64,000 nt of DNA from Chitinophagales bacterium (GTDB lineage Bacteria; Bacteroidota; Bacteroidia; Chitinophagales; Chitinophagaceae). Below, piece after piece: positions 1-10,764 of the stretch. Where the stretch lies: assembly GCA_025353485.1 (NCBI GenBank), contig JANXQO010000036.1, forward strand, positions 9,346 to 73,345. Direction: 5' to 3'. The position numbers and the translations under genes are program-made. The notes under the pieces are model-generated. The model saw only the letters and a program-made list of their open reading frames with translations. It did not search any database and was not told the origin of the DNA. The number at the start of each line of letters is the position of its first letter. Within the stretch, counting starts at the first letter, position 1.

Positions 1-120
1 GTTATGCTGGCTGTAGTAAAACAAATGCTGAGTGTTGCATGGGCAATTGCAGGAATGTTTGCCCTTGGGATCGTTCTTATGATCGCAATTAAGCTCTATA
101 AAAAATTCAGGAAAGATTAG
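1..120 (+). CDS. 3' end of a truncated upstream ORF (hydrophobic tail, partial)
   Basis: Frame 1 is open from the window edge to TAG at 118-120. It reads ...AWAIAGMFALGIVLMIAIKLYKKFRKD*, one TM-like helix plus a basic tail. No family call is possible. Confidence 0.3.
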   Translation, partial: VMLAVVKQMLSVAWAIAGMFALGIVLMIAIKLYKKFRKD

Positions 121-126
121 ATATCA

Positions 127-1152
127 TTAATGAAACAATAACTCACAAGGTTTTAAACCGGTATGTTTTTTAAATGCTGTAGAAAAATGTGAGATGGAAG
201 AATAGCCGAGCAAAGAAGAAACATCTGTAACACTTAACGCCTTTTCATACAAAAGATATTTAGCATGTTCCATTCTCTGGCTTTGAAAAAAATCAAATAT
301 GGTAGTGCCATACATTTCTTTAAATCCTTTTTTTAAGTAACATTCATTAATAGCAACTTTGCGGCTTAAAGCTTTTATGGTTAAAGGTTCGCTTATGTGA
401 AGCAATAAAATTTCTCTTGCCTTACTTATCTTTTCCCTGTCAGCTTGGTTGGCTAAAAACTTACAGGTAAAATTCTCTTCGGCTTCGCCAACCATACACT
501 CCATGCTGTACAGTAAAAGCATTTGCGTTTGAGCATTAATAAAAATATTTTCAAGACTGTCAGAATATGAATGATTCAGCAAGGCTTCCAATACCATTTT
601 TGTTTTGCTGCAAAGAGGCATTATTTTACTAAAGCTGGAAGTGTGCTTAAAATTTAAGATATCATCAGAAAAAGTAGTTTGCTTAATACCTTTTACAAAT
701 TGAGAAAGATGGGCCGGAGTAAATTTAAAACTTACAAAATCAATTGTGTCAATCCTTTCTTCACAATTTATTGATTGATGAAATTTACACAAATCACATT
801 CTGTATTTTTAGCTCTGCAATAAGTATTTCCGGAAATACAGAATTTTAATTCAAGATGATTTTCTTTTGGTTCCTCTTTTTTAAAATGATAAACCATCAT
901 TCCTGTATCATCAATATTTATTTCTGGTAATTTCTTAAATCTTTTTATTGTGTATTGAACAGAGCCTGGTATCATTTGCTCTTTTTCCTGCAAGAGATAC
1001 TGCTGCCCTTGCAATACAGGTTGCCATTGTGCAATTGATAGTATGTCTTGATGTTGCTCCATTAAAATTAATAGGTGCAAAGATAACCAACCTGGTGTTG
1101 AGATAGGTAATGCTACTGTCATGCTATTGTAAACTAAATTTAAAAAAATCAT
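127..1152 (-). CDS. AraC/XylS-family transcriptional regulator
   Basis: C-terminal double HTH typical of AraC (…LTIKALSRKVAINECYLKKGFKEMYG…VTDVSSLLGYSSISHFSTAFKKHTGLKP). Start is uncertain; the alternative ATG at 1122 gives MTVALP…. Confidence 0.85.
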   Translation of the reverse strand: MIFLNLVYNSMTVALPISTPGWLSLHLLILMEQHQDILSIAQWQPVLQGQQYLLQEKEQMIPGSVQYTIKRFKKLPEINIDDTGMMVYHFKKEEPKENHLELKFCISGNTYCRAKNTECDLCKFHQSINCEERIDTIDFVSFKFTPAHLSQFVKGIKQTTFSDDILNFKHTSSFSKIMPLCSKTKMVLEALLNHSYSDSLENIFINAQTQMLLLYSMECMVGEAEENFTCKFLANQADREKISKAREILLLHISEPLTIKALSRKVAINECYLKKGFKEMYGTTIFDFFQSQRMEHAKYLLYEKALSVTDVSSLLGYSSISHFSTAFKKHTGLKPCELLFH

Positions 1153-1297
1153 TGAAAAATTTCATTGATTAACGATATAAAATGGCAACTCTAAACCATA
1201 TATTAGTGATGAAAAAAGTTGATTATAGTTAACCCAATTTTAGGTACTTCCTCTTATTTTTTGTAAGTTTGCGTGATTCACAAATTTTAGTTTTTAA

Positions 1298-3307
<2,010 letters not shown>

Positions 3308-3337
3308 TATCTTAACTATTATGCTTCAAACTCATTT

Positions 3338-3381
3338 ATTAGTGAAAACTTTATGAGATACTTCCTCACTAATTGTTTTTT
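3338..3381 (+). terminator. Possible weak intrinsic terminator after gyrB
   Basis: 8-bp stem ATTAGTGA (3338-3345) / TCACTAAT (3366-3373) followed by TGTTTTTT. The loop is long (20 nt) and the stem AT-rich, so this is weak. Confidence 0.3.
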
Positions 3382-3533
3382 ATAATTTATCCGAAATTGA
3401 TTTTATACAGAAAGTCAAATTCTTTGTGGAAATATATTTTAGTTATAATTACGTATAAAAAACTACATTTGACTATACCACGGTTAAGTAACCTTGGTTT
3501 AACCCATATTTTCTAACTAAAAAACTATACAAA

Positions 3534-3734
3534 ATGTCAAAAATGATAACCGCTTATTGCATGAAGACCAAAGAAAAAAACGTTCCTATGCAGGAAGCTG
3601 TCATTACTAAAACTTCCCGTGGAGGCTATATGGCTCAAGGGAATGATGGTAAAGGAAACAAAATGACTACAATGCTTAGTGAAGCAACTGCCCTTCAGGC
3701 AGTTAAAGACGGTGTGGCCAAGAAGAGTTGGTAA
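3534..3734 (+). CDS. Small basic hypothetical protein (66 aa; may start at an internal Met)
   Basis: Isolated ORF with a 226-bp upstream spacer and a TACATTTG -7-like box at 3466-3473. A strong terminator follows directly. Lys/Gly-rich with no motif I can assign. Confidence 0.6.
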   Translation: MSKMITAYCMKTKEKNVPMQEAVITKTSRGGYMAQGNDGKGNKMTTMLSEATALQAVKDGVAKKSW

Positions 3735-3757
3735 ATTGCGATTAAACTTTTTATAAA

Positions 3758-3790
3758 AGCGATACAGAAATCTGTATCGCTTTTTTTTTA
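3758..3790 (+). terminator. Rho-independent terminator
   Basis: Perfect stem AGCGATACAGA / TCTGTATCGCT with a short loop, followed by a run of 9 T. Confidence 0.9.
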
Positions 3791-3891
3791 TTTCATAACA
3801 TCATCATAACAGAGCCGGAAGATAAATTCGCAATGTATTACTAAAATATTTAGTAAATTTATGCTAAAATAATTGGTAAATAAATATTCTT

Positions 3892-4506
3892 ATGGACACA
3901 AAGTCGCTGATACAAATACCAGGGTATCGTTATAACGAATACCTGTTGGTACTAAATCCGCATGAGGAGTTGCGCAACAAAATAATTTATATAAAAAATG
4001 TTTTTGCAGATAAATACAAAACTCCCTACGCAAAATTTGGTCAGCCTCATATCACGCTTGTAAACTTTGTTCAATTGGAAATAGCTGAAGATCGGTTACT
4101 CAACAGGCTTAAGACAATAGCAATGGGCTACCATCCTTTTAAAGTTGAATTGAAAGATTTTGGGAGTTTTCCAAGTCATACCATATTTATTAATGTTGAT
4201 ACACAGCTTCAGGTAAAGAATTTAGTAAAAGAATTAAAACCTGCGCAACAGTTAATGACATTAAATAAAGATAATAAGCCGCATTTTATTGATACGCCTC
4301 ACTTAACAATTGCAAGAAAATTAGTGCCTTGGCAATACGAAAAGGCATGGCAGGAGTATAGCAATCTGCAATTTACAGGTCGTTTTATAGCTGATAGTAT
4401 GTTATTAATAAAGCGAAAAGTAGGAGATAAAAAATATCAAATCGTTAGGCAATTCGAATTTATGAATTTGCCTGTTTCCACAAAGCAGGGTAATTTATTC
4501 ATGTAA
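3892..4506 (+). CDS. 2H phosphoesterase superfamily protein (LigT / 2'-5' RNA ligase-like)
   Basis: Two H-x-T-x motifs at the expected spacing: GQPHITLVNF and DTPHLTIARK. 204 aa. Confidence 0.8.
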   Translation: MDTKSLIQIPGYRYNEYLLVLNPHEELRNKIIYIKNVFADKYKTPYAKFGQPHITLVNFVQLEIAEDRLLNRLKTIAMGYHPFKVELKDFGSFPSHTIFINVDTQLQVKNLVKELKPAQQLMTLNKDNKPHFIDTPHLTIARKLVPWQYEKAWQEYSNLQFTGRFIADSMLLIKRKVGDKKYQIVRQFEFMNLPVSTKQGNLFM

Positions 4507-4539
4507 ACACCAATTATTAAGATTATAAAAAATATTATT

Positions 4540-5649
4540 ATGTCAAACCAATTACAACAAGATCATTTTAAAGTTGCTCCACAGCAAAAAGAAGAAGACG
4601 ATAAGTATTTAGCAGGTCGTGGTGCACAATTCAATACAAAAAATAGGTTTTTAAAAAATGAAAAAACCAGAGAACATGTAGAAGCTATTGATGATTGGGA
4701 AGAAACCAATTTACCAACCCAATACTTAGAGCAGGAATCAAAAACAATTGTAAACAAAGTAGAGAGCAAAGATGTAGGCATGAGTTACAGCATGAATCCG
4801 TATGCAGGTTGTGAGCATGGCTGCATATATTGCTATGCCCGAAATGTACATGAATACTGGGGTTACAGCGCCGGTCTGGATTTTGAACAAAAGATACTCG
4901 TGAAAAAAAATGCGCCGCAGTTGCTGCGAAAATTTTTAATGCATCCAAAATGGGATGCCACACCAATCATGTTAAGCGGCAACACAGATTGCTATCAGCC
5001 AGCAGAACAAAAATACCGGCTAACAAGACAGATGCTGGAAGTATGCAACGAGTTCAATCAGTCAGTTGGTATCCTCACAAAAAATTCATGGATACTAAAA
5101 GATAAAGATGTACTGCAGGAAATGGCGAAGAAAAAAATTGTATCGGCCATGGTTTCCATAACATCTTTTAATGAAGATCTGCGCAGAGTGATGGAACCAA
5201 GAACCACAACCGCCAAACAAAAATTAAAAGTGATAAACGAACTAAGCAGCGCCGGTGTACGCATGGGCATTATGATGGGGCCGATGATACCGGGGTTAAA
5301 TGAACATGAAATGCAACGCATTATGAAAGCCGCCGCAGATAACGGCGCAACTTTTACGGCATATACTTTTATAAGATTGAATGGCGCCATTAAATTTCTA
5401 TTTCACGATTGGCTCTACAAAAACTTCCCCGACCGGGCAGATAAAGTGTGGCATTTAATTGAACAAAGCCATGATGGAAAAGTTAATGATACAAGGTGGG
5501 GAGTGCGTATGCGTGGCGAAGGAAACATTGCACAGATGGTTGCCCAGCAATATAAGAAATACGGCAAGCTCTATAACATGAATGCAGAAGAATGGAGTTT
5601 GAATACAAGTATTTTTAGAAGACCTGGAGAGCAGGGGAAATTGTTTTAG
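4540..5649 (+). CDS. Radical SAM protein, PA0069/SplB-like (COG1533-type) family
   Basis: CxxxCxxC cluster motif AGCEHGCIYCYARN. Size and overall layout fit the 'DNA repair photolyase-like' radical SAM group. It starts 33 bp after the preceding gene. Confidence 0.8.
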   Translation: MSNQLQQDHFKVAPQQKEEDDKYLAGRGAQFNTKNRFLKNEKTREHVEAIDDWEETNLPTQYLEQESKTIVNKVESKDVGMSYSMNPYAGCEHGCIYCYARNVHEYWGYSAGLDFEQKILVKKNAPQLLRKFLMHPKWDATPIMLSGNTDCYQPAEQKYRLTRQMLEVCNEFNQSVGILTKNSWILKDKDVLQEMAKKKIVSAMVSITSFNEDLRRVMEPRTTTAKQKLKVINELSSAGVRMGIMMGPMIPGLNEHEMQRIMKAAADNGATFTAYTFIRLNGAIKFLFHDWLYKNFPDRADKVWHLIEQSHDGKVNDTRWGVRMRGEGNIAQMVAQQYKKYGKLYNMNAEEWSLNTSIFRRPGEQGKLF

Positions 5650-5650
5650 C

Positions 5651-5693
5651 CATCCTTGAAAATCGAAAATTACATTTTTGATTTTCAAGGATA
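5651..5693. repeat. Hairpin repeat copy 1 (about 18-bp stem)
   Basis: CATCCTTGAAAATCGAAAATTACATTTTTGATTTTCAAGGATA. Its 3' 20-mer CATTTTTGATTTTCAAGGAT is identical to the copy at 6888-6927. Confidence 0.8.
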
Positions 5694-5710
5694 GTTTTTA
5701 CCTTTGCTGA

Positions 5711-6877
5711 ATGATACAAAGACAATTGCACAAAGAAATAATCACTTTAATGAAACAATTTCCTGCGGTGGCTATACTTGGTGCAAGGCAGGTGGGCAAA
5801 ACTACATTGGCAAAACAAATTGCTGCATCGCAAAAAAAACCGTCATTGTATCTTGACCTTGAAAACCCTTTGGATGTACGCAAACTGGCTGACCCTTACA
5901 CGTTTTTATCAGGCCATAAAGACAAATGTATTATTATAGATGAAGTGCAAACCATTCCTTCTTTATTTGCTGTGCTACGCTCAATCATTGATGAAGACAG
6001 GCGTAATGGAAGATTTATATTACTCGGTAGTGCCTCGCCGCAATTGGTAAAAGGTGTTTCAGAATCGTTGGCAGGCAGGATTGCATACCGTGAGCTATCG
6101 CCGGTAAGTTTTATTGAATTGCCGGAAAAAATCAGTCGGGATAAACATTGGCTGAGGGGTGGTTTCCCTCAACCGCTGCTGGCAAAAACTGATAAAGCCG
6201 CTTCTGAATGGATGAGCAGTTTTGTTCGCAGCTATGTTGAAAGAGACCTGGGGTTTTTGTTTGGCGTAGAGCTAACCAGCAATATTATTCGCAGAGTGTT
6301 AAGCATGCTGTCACATGTGAACGGCAATGTTTGGAACGCTGAGATGATGGCACGTTCATTAGGTATAACAGCGCCTACAGTAAACCGGTATATTGATTTT
6401 TTGGAAGGCGCTTTTTTGGTGCACAGGCTGCCTGCTTTTTATGCAAATACCCGTAAGCGGCTGGTAAAAGCGCCGAAGGTATATATCAGGGACAGCGGCC
6501 TGCTGCACCAGCTAAGCGATCTGTCAAATATGCTTTCGCTTAAGGGGCACCCGGTTGTCGGATCTTCGTGGGAAGGATATATTGTTGAGCAGGTAAAGCA
6601 GCTAAAGCCTGCCGGAACTGACTTATATTATTACCGCACGCAAGCAGGGGCAGAGTGTGATATTGTAATTGCAAAGGGAGTGCATCCCGTTGCCTGCGCA
6701 GAAATAAAACTGAACAATGCCCCCAATATCAGCAAAGGAAATTACCAAAGCATTGCCGACCTGAAAACAAAAAAAAATTTTGTGGTAGTACCGGATATAG
6801 CAGAATATAAAACGAAGGAAGGTATTGTTATATGCAACATAGAAACGTTTCTAACAAAATATCTTCCCAAATTGTAG
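5711..6877 (+). CDS. AAA+ ATPase (AAA_14-like) with C-terminal DUF4143 / PD-(D/E)xK-like domain
   Basis: Walker A ILGARQVGKTTLAK, Walker B CIIIDEVQ, and a C-terminal …GAECDIVIA…ACAEIKLN nuclease-like motif. Visibly more G+C-rich than its neighbours. Confidence 0.85.
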   Translation: MIQRQLHKEIITLMKQFPAVAILGARQVGKTTLAKQIAASQKKPSLYLDLENPLDVRKLADPYTFLSGHKDKCIIIDEVQTIPSLFAVLRSIIDEDRRNGRFILLGSASPQLVKGVSESLAGRIAYRELSPVSFIELPEKISRDKHWLRGGFPQPLLAKTDKAASEWMSSFVRSYVERDLGFLFGVELTSNIIRRVLSMLSHVNGNVWNAEMMARSLGITAPTVNRYIDFLEGAFLVHRLPAFYANTRKRLVKAPKVYIRDSGLLHQLSDLSNMLSLKGHPVVGSSWEGYIVEQVKQLKPAGTDLYYYRTQAGAECDIVIAKGVHPVACAEIKLNNAPNISKGNYQSIADLKTKKNFVVVPDIAEYKTKEGIVICNIETFLTKYLPKL

Positions 6878-6887
6878 ACACTATTAT

Positions 6888-6927
6888 CATTGATAATCGA
6901 AAGTATCATTTTTGATTTTCAAGGATG
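6888..6927. repeat. Hairpin repeat copy 2 (degenerate left arm)
   Basis: CATTGATAATCGAAAGTATCATTTTTGATTTTCAAGGATG, in direct orientation relative to copy 1. Together the two copies bracket the ATPase gene. Confidence 0.75.
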
Positions 6928-7098
6928 AGAGAGAAAACTAAAATTTTACCTCATGTCTCAAACAACGGGTTGTAAATATAGAGCCTTATGATAAAATTTA
7001 GAAGGTAAACGATAATGGAAAAATGGTTTATCATCAGTGAAATGCCTTTCAGCTCCGCAGAAATTAATTAATATTCTTTCACGTACGATAAAATCTAT

Positions 7099-7122
7099 GG
7101 TCTGCATTTGCAGACCTTTTTT
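7099..7122 (+). terminator. Rho-independent terminator with no annotated gene directly upstream
   Basis: GGTCTGCA-TT-TGCAGACC followed by TTTTTT. It lies 220 nt past the ATPase stop and inside the doubtful minus-strand ORF 6958-7161. Confidence 0.55.
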
Positions 7123-7193
7123 GTGTTCAAAGATGTTTAAAGCATAACATTTACTAACCAAAAAACTCTATTTTTACCCACTCAAAATTTTGC

Positions 7194-8654
7194 ATGAAAA
7201 CGGTTGCCGAAGACATAAAGAAAGTTTTTCTTTCTTATAAAAATATACCGGTTAAGTCCGTTGAAAAACTGCCTCAATCCGGTGGTGACAGGGTTTATTT
7301 CAGAATAAGAAGTAACGATGGATCTTACATAGCTACGTATAATCATAACATTAAAGAGAATGATACTTTTTTAAAATTCAGCGAGCATTTTAAAAAGAGT
7401 GAGGCCCCTGTTCCGGAAATTTTAAAAGTGAGTGAGGACAGGACAATGTATATTCAGCAGGATTTTGGCGATGATTCATTGCTGACAAATCTTGAGCTTC
7501 ACGGGCATACACTTTTTGTTTACTCCCTGTTTCAAAAAAGCATAAAAAAACTTGCCTGGCTGCAGATAGAAGGGCATAATGGTCTGGATTATGAATGGTG
7601 CATAACATCAAAAGAGTTTGGTAAACAAGCGATAATTAGTGACCTGTTATATTTTAAATATTATTTTCTTGACACACTTAAAATACCTTACGATAAAGAA
7701 AAACTGATAGATGATTTTGATGCGCTGGGAAATTATCTGGCAAGAGTGGAACATAAATATTTTATGTTCCGCGATTTTCAAAGCAGAAATATAATGGTAA
7801 AAAATAAAGATGTTTATTTTATAGATTATCAGGGAGGCATGCATGGCGCTTTGCAATACGATGTTGCTTCTTTGTTGTGGCAGGCAAAGGCTGAGTTGCC
7901 TGATGATTGGAAAACCGGTCTGCTTGTATATTACATGGATTGTGTAGATGAAATTTTAAAAGAACCAATTGACCGCATCCGTTTTATCAGTCAATATAAC
8001 GGGTATGTTTTAATAAGATTGTTACAGGTTTTAGGGGCGTATGGTTTTAGAGGTTTGTTTGAAAGGAAAGCACATTTTTTAACAAGTATTCCTTTGGCGT
8101 TAAAAAACATGAAATGGTTTTTGGAAAATAAAAAGACCGGGATTGTTCTTCCTGAATTTGAACGTGTATTGATGTTAACGGTTGAAGATGAAATCGTACA
8201 TCGCTTTGAGCCATTGCAGGCAACGGGAACAACACCATTGGTTGTAAAAGTGAATAGCTTTTCTTATAAAAAAAATGGTATTCCAAAAGATAAATCAGAA
8301 AATGGCGGTGGCTTTGTTTTTGATTGTCGTGGAATTTTAAACCCCGGCAGATTTGAAGAATTTAAAGCATTTAACGGGAGAGATAAATCAGTGAAAGATT
8401 TTTTAGAGCAGCAAACAAAGATGCAGGAGTTTTTAAATAACGTGTATAACCTGGTTGATATATCTGTAGAAGATTATATTAAAAGAGGATTCAGTTCGTT
8501 AATGGTAAGTTTTGGTTGTACTGGCGGCTGTCACCGCAGTGTGTATGCAGCAGATGCTTTGGTTCGCCATTTGCGAAATAAGTTTGGCGTTAAAGTTGAA
8601 CTCAATCATATAGAGCAAAAAATTACAGAGAGCAATCCTAAAATTAACGGTTGA
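7194..8654 (+). CDS. AmgK-like (APH-fold) anomeric sugar kinase fused to a RapZ C-terminal-like domain
   Basis: N-terminal part has FRDFQSRNIMV, FIDYQGG and YDVASLLWQ (APH/AmgK-type catalytic and DFG-like motifs). The last ~140 aa read …VNSFSYKKNGIPKD…FVFDCRGILNPGR…SVKDFL…MVSFGCTGGCHRSVYAADAL, matching the RapZ C-terminal signature. Confidence 0.8.
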   Translation: MKTVAEDIKKVFLSYKNIPVKSVEKLPQSGGDRVYFRIRSNDGSYIATYNHNIKENDTFLKFSEHFKKSEAPVPEILKVSEDRTMYIQQDFGDDSLLTNLELHGHTLFVYSLFQKSIKKLAWLQIEGHNGLDYEWCITSKEFGKQAIISDLLYFKYYFLDTLKIPYDKEKLIDDFDALGNYLARVEHKYFMFRDFQSRNIMVKNKDVYFIDYQGGMHGALQYDVASLLWQAKAELPDDWKTGLLVYYMDCVDEILKEPIDRIRFISQYNGYVLIRLLQVLGAYGFRGLFERKAHFLTSIPLALKNMKWFLENKKTGIVLPEFERVLMLTVEDEIVHRFEPLQATGTTPLVVKVNSFSYKKNGIPKDKSENGGGFVFDCRGILNPGRFEEFKAFNGRDKSVKDFLEQQTKMQEFLNNVYNLVDISVEDYIKRGFSSLMVSFGCTGGCHRSVYAADALVRHLRNKFGVKVELNHIEQKITESNPKING

Positions 8655-9370
8655 TGAAAGCAATGATATTGGCTGCGGGTTTAGGTACAAGGCTCAAACC
8701 TTTTACGGATGACTATCCCAAGGCGCTTGCAATAATAAATGGCAGATCATTGTTGCAAAGAAATATTGAATACTTAGCTTCTTCCGGTATTACCGATGTT
8801 ATTGTAAATGTTCATCACTATCCTGATCAGATAACTGATCTGATAAAAAAGAATAAAGGTTTTGGAAGTAATGTAACCATCTCTGATGAAAAAGATGAAG
8901 TGCTTGAAACAGGCGGCGGACTTATGAAGGCCAAAGATTTCTTTGATAAAAAAGAACCTTTTGTTTTGATGAATGTTGATGTACTAACAGATATGAATTT
9001 ACGCAGCATGCTAAAGCAACATAGATCTTCAAAAGCATTGGCAACACTGGCAATAACAAACAGGAAGACAAGCCGCAATTTTCTTTTTGATGAACTGGAA
9101 ACTTTGTGCGGCTGGAGAAATATAAAAACAGGTGAACAAAAGATAAGTAAAGAAGCAGCAGAATATTTTCAAAAAGCCTTCAGCGGTATCCATATTATTT
9201 CACCCCGAATTTTTCCGTTAATAAAAATGACAGGAAAATTTTCTATGGTTGATGTGTACCTGCAACTTTGTAAAACAAATACGATTGCCGGGTTCGATCA
9301 CAGCCTATCAAAGTTTATGGATGTAGGTAAGCCGGAAAGTATTGCAATAGCTGAAGAAATATTTTTATAA
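8654..9370 (+). CDS. Sugar-1-phosphate nucleotidyltransferase, MurU-like
   Basis: N-terminal MILAAGLGTRLKPFTD NTP-transferase motif, 238 aa. The ATG overlaps the upstream stop (TGATG). The track's TTG at 8651 is less likely. Confidence 0.8.
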   Translation: MKAMILAAGLGTRLKPFTDDYPKALAIINGRSLLQRNIEYLASSGITDVIVNVHHYPDQITDLIKKNKGFGSNVTISDEKDEVLETGGGLMKAKDFFDKKEPFVLMNVDVLTDMNLRSMLKQHRSSKALATLAITNRKTSRNFLFDELETLCGWRNIKTGEQKISKEAAEYFQKAFSGIHIISPRIFPLIKMTGKFSMVDVYLQLCKTNTIAGFDHSLSKFMDVGKPESIAIAEEIFL

Positions 9371-9390
9371 ACCTGTCAGTGAGTGAGCGC

Positions 9391-10764
9391 TTATTTCTTC
9401 TTATCAAACAATTCACTCTTAGGAACCACTTTCACTTTATCTTTGCTCTTTAAATTTTTGCTTACAACATCATATGGCCCGGTAATTACTTCATCACCTT
9501 CATTCAATCCTCCTAAAATTTCTATATAATTTATATCCTGGATATCAGTTCTCACTTTTGCTTTTTTCACTGTTCCGTCTTTTTGTAAAATAAAAACCAC
9601 TTCTTCAAGATCATCTGCATCTGTATTTGTTTTTTCATTCGCATTTACAACATCCTTACTTTTTTCGGTGGCAGAACTTTTTTCAGAAGTGCTGTCATTT
9701 TTATCTCTTGTAGTTACAGCATTAATAGGAACAGCTAACCTGTTCTCATGCGTTTTGGTTTGTATGTCAGCGCTGGCACTCATTCCGGGGCGAAAAGGAA
9801 AACTCTTTGGCTTGGATGGATCCATCAGATCTTTGTATGATTCCGGAAGCAGCCGTATGTAAACTTTATAGTTGGTTACATCGGTACCGGTAGAAGTTTG
9901 TAAAGAGGCAGCGCCATTATTGCTGCTGGCTATTTGCGTAACGATGCCTTTAAATTTCCTGTTGTTGTATGCATCCACTTCTACCGATGCGCTGTCACCT
10001 AAGTGTATTTTAGGAATGTCGTTTTCGCCAACATCAACTCTTACTTCAATTTTCCGCAGGTCGGCAATACGCATCATTTCTGTTCCTGCCATCATTGAGC
10101 TGCCCACAACTCTTTCCCCTTTTTTTACATTTAATAAACTTACAACTCCTTCCATCGGCGAAACCAAAGTTGCACGGCTTATATCTTTATTTGCTTTTGA
10201 TAAAGCGGCTCTTGCACTTTGTACACTTGCCTGGCTGCCGCGGATGGTTTGTTTGGCAGCATTAAAATTTGCCTGTGCAGATTTGTATGCAGCATCAGCA
10301 GTATTAAATTCACTTTGAGAAATTACTTTATCATCAAGCAATTGCTTTTGCATATCATAGGTCTTCTTTGCCTGTTCAAGCTGTGCTCTGGAAGCTTCAA
10401 TAGATGCGGAAACATTTGCAACCTGCGCCTGCTGCTGGTTTACCACTGCCGATGCCTGGTCTCTTTGCGTTGCATAAATGTCTGCGTAAATGCGTGCAAG
10501 TACCTGGCCTTTTTTTACACTGTCACCTTCTACAACATTCAGTTCTACAATTTCTCCTGAAATATCCGGGCTAAGTTTTACTTCTACTTCGGGATATACT
10601 TTGCCGCTGGCATTTACCGTTTCCACAATGGTGCGTTTAGTTGCTTTTTCTGTGCTCACTTTCACGCCTTCGTCTTTACCAAGCACACCTGCTTTTTTTA
10701 ATATCACCAATAAAATAATCAATCCCACTAAAGAAAAGATTATCCATTTTAAAGTTTTATTCAT
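9391..10764 (-). CDS. Efflux transporter periplasmic adaptor (HlyD/MFP family, MacA-like)
   Basis: N-terminal TM anchor, a lipoyl-like segment, a long Ala/Gln-rich coiled coil, then beta-barrel segments. It sits downstream of a TolC gene on the same strand. Confidence 0.85.
   Translation of the reverse strand: MNKTLKWIIFSLVGLIILLVILKKAGVLGKDEGVKVSTEKATKRTIVETVNASGKVYPEVEVKLSPDISGEIVELNVVEGDSVKKGQVLARIYADIYATQRDQASAVVNQQQAQVANVSASIEASRAQLEQAKKTYDMQKQLLDDKVISQSEFNTADAAYKSAQANFNAAKQTIRGSQASVQSARAALSKANKDISRATLVSPMEGVVSLLNVKKGERVVGSSMMAGTEMMRIADLRKIEVRVDVGENDIPKIHLGDSASVEVDAYNNRKFKGIVTQIASSNNGAASLQTSTGTDVTNYKVYIRLLPESYKDLMDPSKPKSFPFRPGMSASADIQTKTHENRLAVPINAVTTRDKNDSTSEKSSATEKSKDVVNANEKTNTDADDLEEVVFILQKDGTVKKAKVRTDIQDINYIEILGGLNEGDEVITGPYDVVSKNLKSKDKVKVVPKSELFDKKK

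Noticed and set aside
6958-7161. 67-aa minus-strand ORF between the ATPase and the amgK-like gene
   Set aside because: It contains a plus-strand intrinsic terminator (7099-7122) in its middle and has no recognisable motif. It may be a gene remnant, but I cannot support it as a CDS.
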